A stretch of 64,000 nt of DNA from Macrostomum hystrix (taxonomy: Eukaryota > Animalia > Platyhelminthes): contig CATNEN010000002.1 in NCBI GenBank assembly GCA_950097015.1, positions 2,976,001 through 3,040,000 on the forward strand, written 5' to 3'. The notes under the pieces are model-generated. The model saw nothing but the letters and a program-made list of their open reading frames with translations. It did no database searches and was not told the origin of the DNA. Shown one piece after another: positions 36,150 to 48,680 of this stretch; the first letter of the stretch is position 1; every line of letters begins with the position of its first letter. A program made the position numbers and the translations under genes.

Positions 36150-37205
36150 TCTCGTGTCTCTACTCAATTCTCATCTCTCCCCTCTCATCTCTCCTTTCTC
36201 ATCTCTCCCCTCTCATCTCTCCCCTCTCATCTCTCCTTTCTCATCTCTCCCCTCTCATCTCTCCTTTCTCATCTCTCCCCTCTCATCTCTCCTTTCTCAT
36301 CTCTCCCCTCTCATCTCTCCTTTCTCATCTCTCCCCTCTCATCTCTCCTTTCTCATCTCTCCTTTCTCATCTCTCCCCTCTCCCTTCTCATCTCTCTCCC
36401 CTCCCTTCTCATCTCTCTCGCCTCTGCCATCTCATCTCTCCCCTATTCCTTCTCATCTCTCCCCTCTGCCTTCTCATTTCTTCCCCCTCCCTTCTCATCT
36501 TTCTCCCCTCCCTTCTCATCTCTCCCCTCCCTTCTGATCTTTCCCCTCTCCCTTCTCATCTCTCCCCTCTGCCTTCTCATCTCTCCCCCTCTCCCTTCTC
36601 ATCTCTCTCCCCTCTGCCTTCTCATCTCTCCACTATTCCTTCTCATCTCTCCCCCTCTGCCTTCTCATCTCTCCCCTATTCCTTCTCATCTCTCCCCTAT
36701 TCCTTCTCATCTCTCCCCTATTCCTTCTCATCTCTCCCCTATTCCTTCTCATCTCTCCCCTATTCCTTCTCATCTCTCCCCTATTCCTTCTCATCTCTCC
36801 CCCTCTGCCTTCTCATCTCTCCCCCTCTCCCTTCTCATCTCTCTCCCCTCTGCCTTCTCATCTCTCCACTATTCCTTCTCATCTCTCCCCCTCTGCCTTC
36901 TCATCTCTCCCCTATTCCTTCTTATCTCTCCCCTATTCCTTCTCATCTCTCCCCTATTCCTTCTCATCTCTCCCCTATTCCTTCTCATCTCTCCCCTATT
37001 CCTTCTCATCTCTCCCCTATTCCTTCTCATCTCTCCCCCTCTGCCTTCTCATCTCTCCCCTATTCCTTCTCATCTCTCCCCTATTCCTTCTCATCTCTCC
37101 CCTATTCCTTCTCATCTCTCCCCTTCTGCCTTCTCATCTCTCCCCTATTCCTTCTCATCGCTTCTCCCTCTCTCTTTTAATCTCTCTCGCTGCCTTCTCA
37201 TCTCT
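36150..37205. repeat. Degenerate ~21-bp pyrimidine minisatellite TTCTCATCTCTCCCCTATTCC
   Basis: Directly visible. Confidence 0.9.
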
Positions 37206-37764
37206 CCGCTGAATTCCATTGTGCTTTAAACTGCCATTGTTCAGCTGGCGCAATGTTTTTGTGAAACTCATCATTGCTCTAGATCTGCATCGACTGCTCT
37301 TATGACATTTGCAGGCCTTATCGCATCCACACACTGCCACCCTTAGCAATTGCCTGAGACTAAATCTGTTGATTGTTTTCCCGACACTGGTTAGGGAAAA
37401 TTTCGATCCTCAGACTTTTCAGTGCCATTGTATCCGTTTTATTTCCTGAAGCATTGAAATTTGAAACAATGAGTCCCAGTTTGCCGGCAAGCAGTCCTTC
37501 TTAACCCGCTCGTGTTCGGGCGCGATGGTTGGCAATTGAGCGATGAGTCACGCGCGATGTCCCATTGAGTTTTCTGCACTGCCGCGGCTGCGTTGCGGAA
37601 GCTATTGAATGAAAAAAAAAAATTCCCCTACACAAAGCTCCATGCATTTCTATCCTACCAGCTGGCATTGTGCTATCTGGTGTATTTTTTTATGTTAAAC
37701 AACTGAGTTTGCTGCCAGTAACTTCCATCATCGTTTGCTTAGATGCTTATCCATCTCACTAGTG

Positions 37765-38000
37765 ATGTTTTCAGCTGATTGTCCCATCTACTCGGGAGGG
37801 ATATTTTCAGCTGATTGTCCTATCTTCTCGGGAGGGATATTTTCAGCTGATTGTCCCATCTACTCGGGTGGGATATTTTCAGCTGTTTATCCCATCAACT
37901 CGGGTGGGATATTTTCAGCTGATTGTCCCATCTACTCGGGTGGGATATTTTCAGCTGTTTATCCCATCTACTTGGGTGGGATATTTTCAGCTGATTATCC
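37765..38000. repeat. 36-bp tandem repeat x~6
   Basis: TTTTCAGCTGATTGTCCCATCTACTCGGGTGGGATA units. Confidence 0.9.
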
Positions 38001-39001
38001 CATGAAAGTTACCGGAATATTAAGAGTTTGCTTTCCTATCAACATGAGTGGGATATTATGAGCAATTATCCCATATAGTCCAAACGGATGTTTTGATTAT
38101 CGGAATCTTGTCTGTGGGGTATACCAGTTTGGGATTATTTTCATCTAGAAGGATACAGAATAAAGCAGAGATTAAGACTGTTATGCAATCAGATTTGGAA
38201 GTCGTGCATTGATGCTAAGATCCCAAGTATTGCATTGGCTTAAACGCTTAATCCTGAGTGTTCTAATTTTAGCATCCCATTCAATGACTCCCCATCACTC
38301 AACAGACTGGCAGGTCACTCGAGGCGAACCTGTCAGTTAATTAAAAAAAAAAGTATTTTTCGTTCAACTCTGACAGTGGGCTCATTCCCCTGGGGGGAAG
38401 ACGGCGCCGCAACGGACAATGGGAATTGGGGCAGCAGAGTCTGATAAATTTATTATCATTAAAATTGAGAATAGCCGCCTGTGCATGGGCTGGACTACCT
38501 GCTGTCGCCTGGCGGGGCAAATCCTGCAGTTTTGAAAATTCATTTCCTCAGCTGCCCTGCTGGATTATAAATGCCTTGAATAGCGGTCCGGTCAAGTAGA
38601 AAGAATAGATTAGGAATCCTTTAAAGCCAAGTCCTTCTTGCCTCAGGGCAGACGAAATCGATTGCGAAGATTCAAACAAATCCGACAATTAAAAAAGAAC
38701 TGGCGCTTTATCAGTTTGAATCCCAGCATTTATTAACTGTTAAAGTGCAGCCTCTGAGCGCGGACTCAAGTTGTAGCCAACAGATGCTATTATTTAATCG
38801 GAACGCGGTAGTGAAGAAATGTGTTCCTCGTTTATTTTTTTTTATTATCTTCAAAAAGATCTGGAACACACCTGTTCCGTTTTGCACTCAGCCACTGATG
38901 TAACATTTTAGAACACAGTTGTTTAGTCTGAAACGCGGGGTTAGTAATTCGAGTTGCATAATAGCGGAGATGTGCCTTATTCGGGCCGTTTCATTAGTGA
39001 A

Positions 39002-39627
39002 TCAAAAATGGCCGTTTTCCACGGAAAGCCGGCAGTCCTGGTATTGAGTGACCAGCTGTCTCAGATTCGGGCCCCTGATTCGATCATTGAGAGCACGGTT
39101 GAATATGGAGTTGAACTCTGCTGCAATGTGGTTTGGCGCAGACAAGCGTCGAATTTGCGAGTTAGAAATATGCCGCCCGAAATTGGACCGTTTTATAAAC
39201 CGTGTGCTCTTAAAAGGGTCGTTTTATAAACTGTGTGCTCTTAAAAGGGACGTTGTATAAACTGTGTGCTCTTAAAATGGTCGTTTTTATAAACTGTGTG
39301 TTCTTAAAAGGGCCGTTTTATAAACTGTGCGTTCTTAAAAGGGCCGTTTTCAAGCATTAACCTTTGATGCGATCCAGTTCGGATAATATATTGAATGCAA
39401 ATTCTGTTAGTATTATTGTGATAATTTTGTGTTACACCTAAAACTGGCTCACAGGCATAGAGTTGGCGGCCCAGAATCTGCTCAGCCAGCCGTTTCATCT
39501 GGGTGAACGGGTTCCGCCCGCAGATGCGATCGACCTCGGTGTCCTGCGCCAGCGCCGCGGGGGCCGAGCAGCAAAGCAGGCAGAAGAAGCCAATGTTGGC
39601 TAGAAGCAGAAGGGTGGCTGTTGCCAT
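39002..39627 (-). CDS. Small secreted protein (~100 aa), two coding exons plus a 5'-UTR exon
   Basis: ATG 39627 just after acceptor TTTCTGCAG; signal peptide MATATLLLLANIGFFCLLCCSAPAALA. Modelled exons 39627-39438 and 39117-39002 (phase 1). Upstream donor CAG|GTGAGC near 39872. Confidence 0.55.
39190..39350. repeat. ~31-bp repeat TTTTATAAACTGTGTGCTCTTAAAAGGGTCG x~5 in the secreted-gene intron
   Basis: Directly visible. Confidence 0.85.
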
Positions 39628-40285
39628 GCTGCAGAAACCTAAGTTGAGACGTTGGGATGTTTGAGTATAGTTTTACTTGCTCAGTCGCTTTCGTTCAAGG
39701 TTTTCATAAAAATATGAGAGAAAAAATTCTTCGCTGGGGCTCTGAACTCAACAAGTATATTTAGATCCGGAATGCAAACACGACAAGTCATCCATCCCCC
39801 ACTAGCGGCTAATTTAAACTGCCAGGTTTGGCTAAGTTGAACAACACCGAAGTCCCCCAATGCCAGCTCACCTGGTTTGCTTTGGACTCCTAGCTCAGTC
39901 TGTAGTAGGATGCTTGACCTCGGCTGCTGCTGCTGCTGCTGCTGCTGCTTTCAAAATTTAGGATTCAATTCAGCCCTGCCAAGTGTTTGTCTAAGTGTGC
40001 GAGCCCTGAACGAACTAAAGTGGAGTTTAGCAGCGTCCTTGGGGCCCGCGGCCTCAGTTCCAAATAAAGCAGCTTGAAGGCGCGCTCGCCCACGGTCTGG
40101 CGTGGCAGCCTGTCCCCTGTGATTGGCTGACAGCGCTGGCCAATGAGTTCGGCGCGTTCGCGATTTCATCAAACTAATAGATCGAGATCGAGATGAGTAC
40201 AGCGAGTGAAATTCATCCATAATTGAGCTCTGGAAGTAAAGTGGCAGGATTGATCGCTCTGCATTGTTTCACTCACTGGCGCGCA

Positions 40286-40299
40286 GTTGCCATGGAGAC
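40286..40299. promoter_or_regulatory. RFX X-box motif (GTCTCCATGGCAAC on -), upstream of paired CCAAT boxes at about 40120-40145
   Basis: 14-bp match to the canonical X-box consensus, positioned upstream of the small secreted-protein gene. Confidence 0.55.
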
Positions 40300-40344
40300 T
40301 GGCACGCACGCATTTGTCTACGTAGTATACAGCTGCATGTCTGC

Positions 40345-40965
40345 ATGAATGAGCAGAGGGATAGTGACAGCAGTGAATGAGCAGAGGGGCAGTGACAGCA
40401 GTGAATGAGCAGAGGGGCAGTGACAGCAGTGAATGAGCAGAGGGGCAGTGACAGCAGTGAATGAGCAGTGGGAAAGTGACAGCAGTGAATGAGCAGTGGG
40501 AAAGTGACAGCAGTGAATGAGCAGAGGGGCAGTGACAGCAGTGAATGAGCAGTGGGAAAGTGACAGCAGTGAATGAGAGAGGGGCAGTGACAGCAGTGAA
40601 TGAGCAGTGGGAAAGTGACAGCAGTGAATGAGCAGTGGGAAAGTGACAGCAGTGAATGAGCAGTGGGAAAGTGACAGCAGTGAATGAGCAGTGGGAAAGT
40701 GACAGCAGTGAATGAGCAGTGGGAAAGTGACAGCAGTGAATGAGCAGTGGGAAAGTGACAGCAGTGAATGAGCAGTGGGAAAGTGACAGCAGTGAATGAG
40801 CAGAGGGGCAGTGACAGCAGTGAATGAGCAGAGGGGCAGTGACAGCAGTGAATGAGCTGAGGGGCAGTGACAGCAGTGAATGAGCAGAGGGGCAGTGACA
40901 GCAGTGAATGAGCAGAGGGGCAGTGACAGCAGTGAATGAGCAGAGGGGCAGTGACAGCAGTGACA
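40345..40965. repeat. 28-bp minisatellite GTGACAGCAGTGAATGAGCAG(AGGGGCA/TGGGAAA) x~22
   Basis: Directly visible. Confidence 0.95.
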
Positions 40966-41424
40966 GTTGTTTTAAATATCATCGCTGGCTGGCCAGAAGT
41001 GGCTCAGAAGCCAGAGAAATGGGCTCACTAGGCGAGTGTTGTGAAATGAAGAGCTAGCCAGCCAAACCGACCGCCACCTCCTCCGCGGCTATTTTTAGTG
41101 CGAGCTGGCAAAACGTATCAGAAAAATTGGCCTCCGAATCCAAGGCATCACAGCAGTGAATCGTTAATAAATTAACATCAGGCTGAGCTACTCAAATGAG
41201 ATTATCGATACGACCCATCCAATCCTCATTATTCATTCAATTGCGATTTTATCCTATGGCTTATTTGTCCAGAACAATGGCGGCATCCACTGTGCCTGCC
41301 TGTTTCCTTAGTACCCCCGATCTGAGATCTCGCAGTGAAAATTTGCACTAAACTATGTTTCTCCTCTGTAGGCAGGCAGAAGAGTATTGTGATAACTGTA
41401 ACTGGAGCTACACTCCATTCATGA

Positions 41425-41975
41425 CTGCACCCACCCCAGAATCAGCATCCCTCCACTGTTGCACCCACCCCAGAATCAGCGTCCATACTCTTGCACCCAC
41501 CCCAGAATCAGCCTCCCTCTGTGTTGCACCCACCCCAGAATCAGCGTCCATACTCTTGCACCCACCCCAGAATCAGCCTCCCTCTGTGTTGCACCCACCC
41601 CAGAATCAGCGTTTCTCCCCTGTTGCACCGACCCCATAATCAGCCTCCCTCCTGTGTTGCACTGACCCCAGAATCAGCCTCCCTCCTCTGTTGCACCCAC
41701 CCCAGAATCAGCCTCCCTCCTCTGTTGCACCCACCCCAGAATCAGCCTCCCTCCTGTGCTGCACACCCAACTGCGGTTGGGTGCTTGTGCTTCCCAGAAT
41801 CAGCCTCCCTCCTCTGTTGCACCCACCCCAGAATCAGCCTCCCTCCTCTGTTGCACCTACCCCAGAATCAGCTTCCCTTCTCTGTTGCACCCACCCCAGA
41901 ATCAGCTTCCCTTCTCTGTTGCACCCACCCCAGAATCAGCCTCCCTCTGTGTTGCACCCACCCCAGAATCAGCCT
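41425..41975. repeat. ~32-35-bp minisatellite TGTTGCACCCACCCCAGAATCAGCCTCCCTCCTC
   Basis: Directly visible. Confidence 0.92.
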
Positions 41976-42154
41976 GATTTTAAAGAAAAAAGGCAAGCTT
42001 GACAAAGATGTCTCGAGATTTCTTCTCACAAAAAGCAGTTTTTAGAACCGCAGTCAACTTTTTCAACAATAGTTATTATTAGCATAATTGATTTAAAAAG
42101 GTTGAACAAAAATGCACAGGCCAACCAGAGCAGTGACAGTTTGCTGAAAGCAGG

Positions 42155-44597
42155 TCAGGCAACGCGCTGTCGCTTCTGCTTTTTCTCAGCCAGCTGAGCA
42201 GCTTCGCGGGCCTGTCGCTTGCGTGAGAACACCATCTTGCTGTACAGTTGCTTGTGCTTCTTGGGCAGCATCATCTCGCGGAGTCGGCGCTCCTCGGCTG
42301 CGGTCTGGCTGACGTCCTTCGGCCGGCGTTGAACACCTTCGGCAACCACCGGCGGCTTCGGCTTTGCCTTGGTCTTCTTCTTCTGTTCCTGCTGCTGCTT
42401 CGCTTCGTCTTTCTCGTCGTCCTCCTCGTCGCCTTGCTCAGCAGCCGCCGTTGGTCGCCGCAGCTCCACTGGGTCGGCCGGTTGGGTGGCTGAGAACGGC
42501 AGCCGCTGCAGCAGCTCCCCGGAGTCCTCATCGGCAGCCGAGGTGGCAACAAACGGGCTGAGGTGGGGCGGCGGGGGCAGGCCGGGCGCGTACTCGCCTG
42601 TGGGCAGCAACTGGCCGGCATTCAGACAGTCGAACAGCCACTGCGGCTGAACGTAGGTTCGTCCGGCTAACCGTTGATCGCCAAGCGGACGATCCACCAC
42701 CTGGTGGGTGATGCGCTGGTCGGATTCCGGATAGCGAGAGCCGGGGCCGCTCAGCGGGGACCAGGACACCTGCGACACAGCAGCGACGGGATTCGGGTCT
42801 CACTCGCAGAATCAATAAGAAATTACAGAATAGATAGTCTATAGGAAAACAAAGACTAGAATTGTGAATGGGATAGCAATGACTTGGATTGTGAATGGGA
42901 TAACAAAGACTTGGAGAGTGAATGGGATAACAAAGACTTGGAGAGTGAATGGGATGGCAAAGAATTGAAATGAATTGAATTGAAAAAGTCTTTGTCTGAA
43001 TTGAAATGGAATGACAAAGACTTGGATTGTGAATGGGATAGCAAAGACTTGGGTATGACAAAGACTTCCATTGTGAATGGGATGACAAAGACTTGGAAAG
43101 TGAATGGGATGGCAGTGGATGCTCACCTCGCCGCCGCAGGAGCGAATCGCAAAGCACAGGATCTGGCGAGGAGTCTCCCTGTTGAGGAAGAATCGGCAGC
43201 CGTTGAACAGTCGCTGCTGGGCGCGCGCCTTCTTCCTGGCCGCGCTGGCCGCCTCGCCGCCGTCGGCTTCGGTCTCGGGAAAATCGTCCGGCTCCGACGG
43301 GTTGCCCTCGCCGGCTTCGTCCGACTTCTTATCAACGTCGCCGCGCCGACTGAGCAGGGGTTGGTTCAGCGAGGCCATGAATTCCTCGTGCGCTTCCACG
43401 CCTTGGCAGTAGTCTGAGGACTCCACCTGGAATACGTCGAAGATGGGAAGAAGCTGTGAGATGGCTCAATCTAGTGTCTGGATTAACGGGATTAGTGTCT
43501 GGATCACCGGGGTTAGTGTCTGGATTAACGGGATTAGTGTCTGGATTACCGGGGTTAGTGTCTGGATTACCGGGGTTAGTGTCTGGATTAACGGGACTAG
43601 TGTCTGGATTAACGGGACTAGTGTCTGGATTAACGGGACTAGTGTCTGGATTAACGGGACTAGTGTCTGGATTAACGGGACTAGTGTCTGGATTAACGGG
43701 GTTAGTGTCTGGATTAACGGGGTTAGTGTCTGGATTAACGGGGTTAGTGTCTGGATTAACGGGGTTAGTGTCTGGATTAAGGAATAAATGTCTTGACTAA
43801 GAGAAATGAGCTGGATTAACGAGCCAGCAAATCCACATCACCTCATTAGCCAGCGCAGGCGGGTAGGCCAGGCCCAGGCCATTGTACAGGCGGTAGTTAA
43901 CAAAGCCCAGCATGGTGGTGTAGAACTCGTTGAAGGTGCGCAACACCTTGAAGTCCACATCAGCCGGATCGTGCAGGCCCAGCTGATGCGGCAGCGACCA
44001 GACCACCGGGACGCCGTTGACATCGGCCTCGAAGTAGTAGCCCTTGATGCTGACGAAGGCCTTGCGCAGGGCTCTGGCAGCCATCACCCAGTGCAGGAAC
44101 TGGACGGTCAGGCGGGCTGACAGGCGGATCTGTTCAATTGGCACGCCGCGCTCCTTCGGCAGCCGGGCGAACAGAAAGCAGAGGCACAGACAGTCATCCA
44201 GATCCCTGATAGCGTCATCGAAGGTGGGATATCTCTCCCTGATGATGTGGTCAAGGGTGTAGGCGGGGAAATTGCGCTGCAACCTCTCCACCGTCTCCAT
44301 CTCGCCCCGCTCCTTGGCCCTCTTGGCCTTCTTCAGGTGCGCCTTGATGTCGCGCAGCTTCTGCATGACCTTCTCGTGACCCAGGAACTGGATGTCCTTC
44401 AGGTGATAGTACACCTTCGGCGTCGAGGAGCCTTTGCCAACACGGCGACGGTTGACCGGCTCCTGTGGGTACACGCCCTTCATGATGCACAGCCGGCGGA
44501 AGTCATTCAGGGTCAGCTGGAGCCGCTTCAGGGCTTGCTTTCGCGAAACGAAGGTGGTGGCCTCACCCCTCGTGTACTTCTTCTTCATCTTGGTCAT
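42155..44597 (-). CDS. PES1: Pescadillo homolog (PeBoW complex), 3 exons, 556 aa
   Basis: Exons 44597-43842, 43426-43127, 42769-42155 (all phase 0). N-terminus KKKYTRGEATTFVSRKQALKRLQLTLNDFRRLCIMKGVYP; BRCT with YVQPQWLFDCLN and PPHLSPF. Confidence 0.97.
42860..43110. repeat. Degenerate 27-bp repeat CAAAGACTTGGAGAGTGAATGGGATAA, PES1 intron 2
   Basis: Directly visible. Confidence 0.85.
43470..43780. repeat. 21-bp minisatellite TAGTGTCTGGATTAACGGG(AC/GT), PES1 intron 1
   Basis: Directly visible. Confidence 0.95.
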
Positions 44598-44649
44598 CTT
44601 GCAGCTGCTGTTTGGTCAGGACTCTGCGGGATTGTTGGACACGAGCCTG

Positions 44650-45025
44650 AATACCTGTGTGATACATGACCCTGAATACCTGACTGATCTGCGTGATACA
44701 TGACCCGGAATACCTGACTGACCTGCGTGATACATGACCCGGAATACCTGACTGATCTGTGTGATACATGACCCGGAATACCTGACTGATCTGTGTGATA
44801 CATGACCCTGAATACCTGGCTGACCTGTGTGATACATGACCCGGAATACCTGGCTGACCTGTGTGATACATGACCCTGAATACCTGGCTGACCTTTGTGA
44901 TACATGACCCTGAATACCTGGCTGACCTGTGTGATACATGACGCTGAATACCGGGCTGACTTGTGTGACACATGACCCTGAATACCTGGCTGACCTGCGT
45001 GACACATGACCCTGAATACCTGGCT
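44650..45025. repeat. 34-bp minisatellite CCTGAATACCTGGCTGACCTGTGTGATACATGAC upstream of the PES1 ATG
   Basis: Directly visible. Confidence 0.95.
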
Positions 45026-45684
45026 GATCAGTCTGACAAATGATTTATTCTTTTAAAATAAAACAAAAGCAGAAGTATATTTACACAGAAAGCAAGGTCA
45101 GTGTAATTGTGTAATATGAACAAAATAATATTTGTTTTAATGATTTAATGTGGTAAAGGATTCGGTGAACACAGCTAATCGATAAAAATCGTTACTTATT
45201 ACTGTCACGAGTAGGCATGAAAAGCGCATAAAACTGAAAAAGCATTAACACAGCAAAACAAAAAACTTCTCGCCAGATTAGTCATTTCTTAGAATCACAA
45301 AACACGAAAAAAATAAACGTAAACGTAGCTCGTAGGTATGCTTGATTGTTAAAACGAGCGCAGATCCGGAATAATAATATTGGGGAAAACGGCACAGCTT
45401 GCTATAGCGTCTACTTGTCAAGTAGCATGATAAGAAAATATATAAAAAAATGTATGCCACGCTGAAATTTTACAAAGCCGGAGTGCGACAACATGCACAA
45501 CTGAAGAAAACATCTACAAAAATTAGATAAAATTGTTATATAAAATATTTTTAAGGTCATTCAAGCGAATCCAAAGAATATCGAAGTGAAACAAAACGTC
45601 AATATACAAATATATAACATGAAAATATCTGACTACTGACACAACAAACGACAGACATGTCTAAAAGATGAAATAAGATGGGAA

Positions 45685-45995
45685 GATCTAGTACGAGAAA
45701 ATAGACTGAGGGGTGAGATCTACTAGGAATATAGACTGAGGGTGAGATCTACTAGGAGAATAGACTGAGGGGTGAGATCTACTAGGATAATAGACTGAGG
45801 GTGAGATCTACTAGGAGAATAGACTGAGGGGTGAGATCTACTAGGAGAATAGACTGAGAGGTGAGACCTACAAGGAGAATAGACTGAGGGGTGAGATCTA
45901 CTAGGAGAATAGACTGAGGGGTGAGATCTACTAGGAGAATAGACTGAGGGGTGAGATATACTAGGAGAATAGACTGAGGGGTGAGATCTACTAGG
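45685..45995. repeat. 29/30-bp minisatellite GATCTACTAGGAGAATAGACTGAGGGGTGA
   Basis: Directly visible. Confidence 0.95.
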
Positions 45996-46169
45996 AGGAT
46001 AGGGGTCAGATCTACTGGCATGGGATATGATCGGGATAATAACAGACGTGATTTGAGGAGACTGAGGGGTGAGACAAGTCACTAGGGTGACAAGCTCTAA
46101 TCACAAGATACTCAGGAATGTCAAGTGACTGAATCGAGTGTTTGCCGCATGATTCCAATCGAGTCGATA

Positions 46170-46559
46170 TCAAGCCTCGTTGGTAGAATTGGGATCAACA
46201 TCCACCCGCTCCTCATTGTATATAATTCTGTGCTCTCTGGAGCGACCGCGGAGGTGCCTGTGCCGGTGATAGAGGACGAGGCCGATGATGACCAGAACGA
46301 TGGCAGCGAACAGTGGCAAGATGATGGCAATGGCTCTGGTTCCTGACAGCGAATCCTCATCATTTAGACTGTACTTCGGCCGCTGAAAGATTTCGCAGCG
46401 ATTGCCGGAGAAGGGCTCGTTACAGTCGCAGCGAATGCAGGTGGCCTGGGTGATGTTGTCATTGGCTGACTTTAGCATCAGCACGCATTCGGTGCACTTG
46501 CCATCGTTGAAGCAGTGCCTAGTGCACGGCTGCCACTGCCACGAACTGTTTGTAGCGGC
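46170..46559 (-). CDS. Exon encoding a membrane-anchored EGF-like protein (single EGF domain, TM, short basic tail)
   Basis: Acceptor AATTCCAG|GCC. CTRHCFNDGKC...CDCNEPFSGNRC, TM IAIILPLFAAIVLVIIGLVLY, then HRHRHLRGR. Candidate signal-peptide exon 47721-47680 (MLSFFLISSLYVQK, phase 0) is speculative. Confidence 0.75.
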   Translation of the reverse strand, partial: AATNSSWQWQPCTRHCFNDGKCTECVLMLKSANDNITQATCIRCDCNEPFSGNRCEIFQRPKYSLNDEDSLSGTRAIAIILPLFAAIVLVIIGLVLYHRHRHLRGRSREHRIIYNEERVDVDPNSTNEA

Positions 46560-46619
46560 CTGGAATTGTGCCGGGAGTGATTCAGTGATGGGAGATGGCC
46601 CACTGAGGGTTCAGGGTTG

Positions 46620-47650
46620 CTAGAGTGTTTGTCAGGCAACTGAAGGTTCAGGGTAGCTAGGGTGTCAGGCAACTGAAGGTTCAGGGTAGCTAGGGTGTCA
46701 GGCAACTGAAGGTTCAGGGTAGCTAGGATGTCATGCAACTGAAGGTTCAGGGTAGCTAGGGTGTCAGGCAACTGAAGGTTCAGGGTAGCTAGGGTGTCAG
46801 GCAACTGAAGGTTCAGGGTAGCTAGGGTGTCAGGCAACTGAAGGTTCAGGGTAGCTAGGATGTCATGCAACTGAAGGTTCAGGGTAGCTAGGGTGTCAGG
46901 CAACTGAAGGTTCAGGGTAGCTAGGGTGTCAAGCAACTGAAGGTTCAGGGTAGCTAGGATGTCATGCAACTGAAGGTTCAGGGTAGCTAGGATGTCATGC
47001 AACTGAAGGTTCAGGGTAGCTAGGGTGTCAGGCAACTGAAGGTTCAGGGTAGCTAGGGTGTCAGGCAACTGAAGGTTCAGGGTAGCTAGGATGTCATGCA
47101 ACTGAAGGTTCAGGGTAGCTAGGGTGTCAGGCAACTGAAGGTTCAGGGTAGCTAGGGTGTCAGGCAACTGAAGGTTCAGGGTAGCTAGGGTGTCAGGCAA
47201 CTGAAGGTTCAGGGTAGCTAGGATGTCATGCAACTGAAGGTTCAGGGTAGCTAGGATGTCATGCAACTGAAGGTTCAGGGTAGCTAGGGTGTCAGGCAAC
47301 TGAAGGTTCAGGGTAGCTAGGATGTCATGCAACTGAAGGTTCAGGGTAGCTAGGATGTCATGCAACTGAAGGTTCAGGGTAGCTAGGGTGTCAGGCAACT
47401 GAAGGTTCAGGGTAGCTAGGATGTCATGCAACTGAAGGTTCAGGGTAGCTAGGGTGTCAGGCAACTGAAGGTTCAGGGTAGCTAGGATGTCATGCAACTG
47501 AAGGTTCAGGGTAGCTAGGGTGTCAGGCAACTGAAGGTTCAGGGTAGCTAGGATGTCAGGCAACTGAAGGTTCAGGGTTGCTAGGGTGTCAGGCAACTGA
47601 AGGTTCAGGGTTGCTAGGGTGTCAGGCAACTGAAGGTTCAGGGTTGCTAG
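46620..47650. repeat. 33-bp minisatellite GGCAACTGAAGGTTCAGGGTAGCTAGGGTGTCA x~31
   Basis: Directly visible; source of spurious 383-aa ORF. Confidence 0.95.
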
Positions 47651-48329
47651 CGTACTAAAAAATTGTTTTAAAAGTTCACTTTTTGAACATATAAAGAAGA
47701 AATCAGAAAGAAAGAAAGCATTGTTTAAGAGCCTGCTTCGATAATAGTTTAATTGGCGGATAAACTGGATAACAAAAAATGCAATTTTTAAACCGGGTTC
47801 ACTGGTTCAATAAGTGAAATATTTTTTTGAAAACGCGCAGAGCCTTATGATAATTTTACGCATAGCAAAATAGTTTTTTTACACCCTTTTGTATAAATGC
47901 TTCTGCAATTCAAAGGTTTGTTTAAAAATAGAGAAATGATGTTTAATATGAATAAATATAGAACAACGGCAACATTTTAGAAGTACATCATAGCAAATAG
48001 TAAGATTAGATGAGTGAAGCATCTTTTTTATGACTAAATCCTCAAAGTGAAAAACAAATTATAAAACTATTTAAATTTGTTTATTGGAATATATAATCAA
48101 CAACTATTACTATTAAATAATAGTTACAAACAGTAATCTGTCAAACAAATAATTAAGAAATGGTAGAGCATTAAATTAGGGCCATAATAGGATATGAGAA
48201 TACCTGAAATTAATAGATCTGTTAAATTTTATAAATTATAAATAGATTTTGGACCATTAGAGGATAAATTCTAAATGGCTTATAGGATACTAAAAATTTA
48301 TAAACTGATTCATAAAGGATTCGAACTGG

Positions 48330-48680
48330 ATATAAGGATTCTAAACGGATTTTGGGATCAAAGGGATTCGAACTGGATTTTAGGATCAAAGGGATTCGAA
48401 CTGGATATAAGGATTTAAGGATTCTAAACGGATTTTGGGATCAAAGGGATTCTAACTGGATTTTAGGATCAAAGGGATTCTAACTGGATTTTAGGATCAA
48501 AGGGATTCTAACTGGATTTTAGGATCAAAGGGATTCTAACTGGATTTTGGGATCAAAGGGACTCTAAATGGATTTTGGGATCAAAGGGATTCCAAATGTA
48601 TTTTGGGATCAAAGGGATTCTAAACCGATTTTGGGATCTTAGGGATTCTAAATATTGTTTTGGGACTTAGGGATTCTAAT
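48330..48680. repeat. 28-bp repeat TAACTGGATTTTAGGATCAAAGGGATTC (degenerate at edges)
   Basis: Directly visible. Confidence 0.9.

Noticed and set aside
34491-37600. A minus-strand gene made from fragments at 34491-34721, 35833-36110 and 37155-37560
   Set aside because: Some pieces look protein-like, but I could not build a phase-consistent spliced model or recognise a family, and in-frame stops intervene.
39923-39948. (GCT)n tract as polyQ or poly-Cys coding sequence
   Set aside because: It falls in the modelled 5'-UTR exon of the secreted-protein gene and is only about 8 units.
20364-47629. Long ORFs such as 20364-21383, 26837-27961, 28642-29210, 32431-33402, 36072-37229, 40269-40982, 43443-43800, 44563-45007 and 46478-47629
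   Set aside because: They are translations of stop-free minisatellites, mostly inside introns or upstream regions defined by flanking splice sites, and are often open in several frames.
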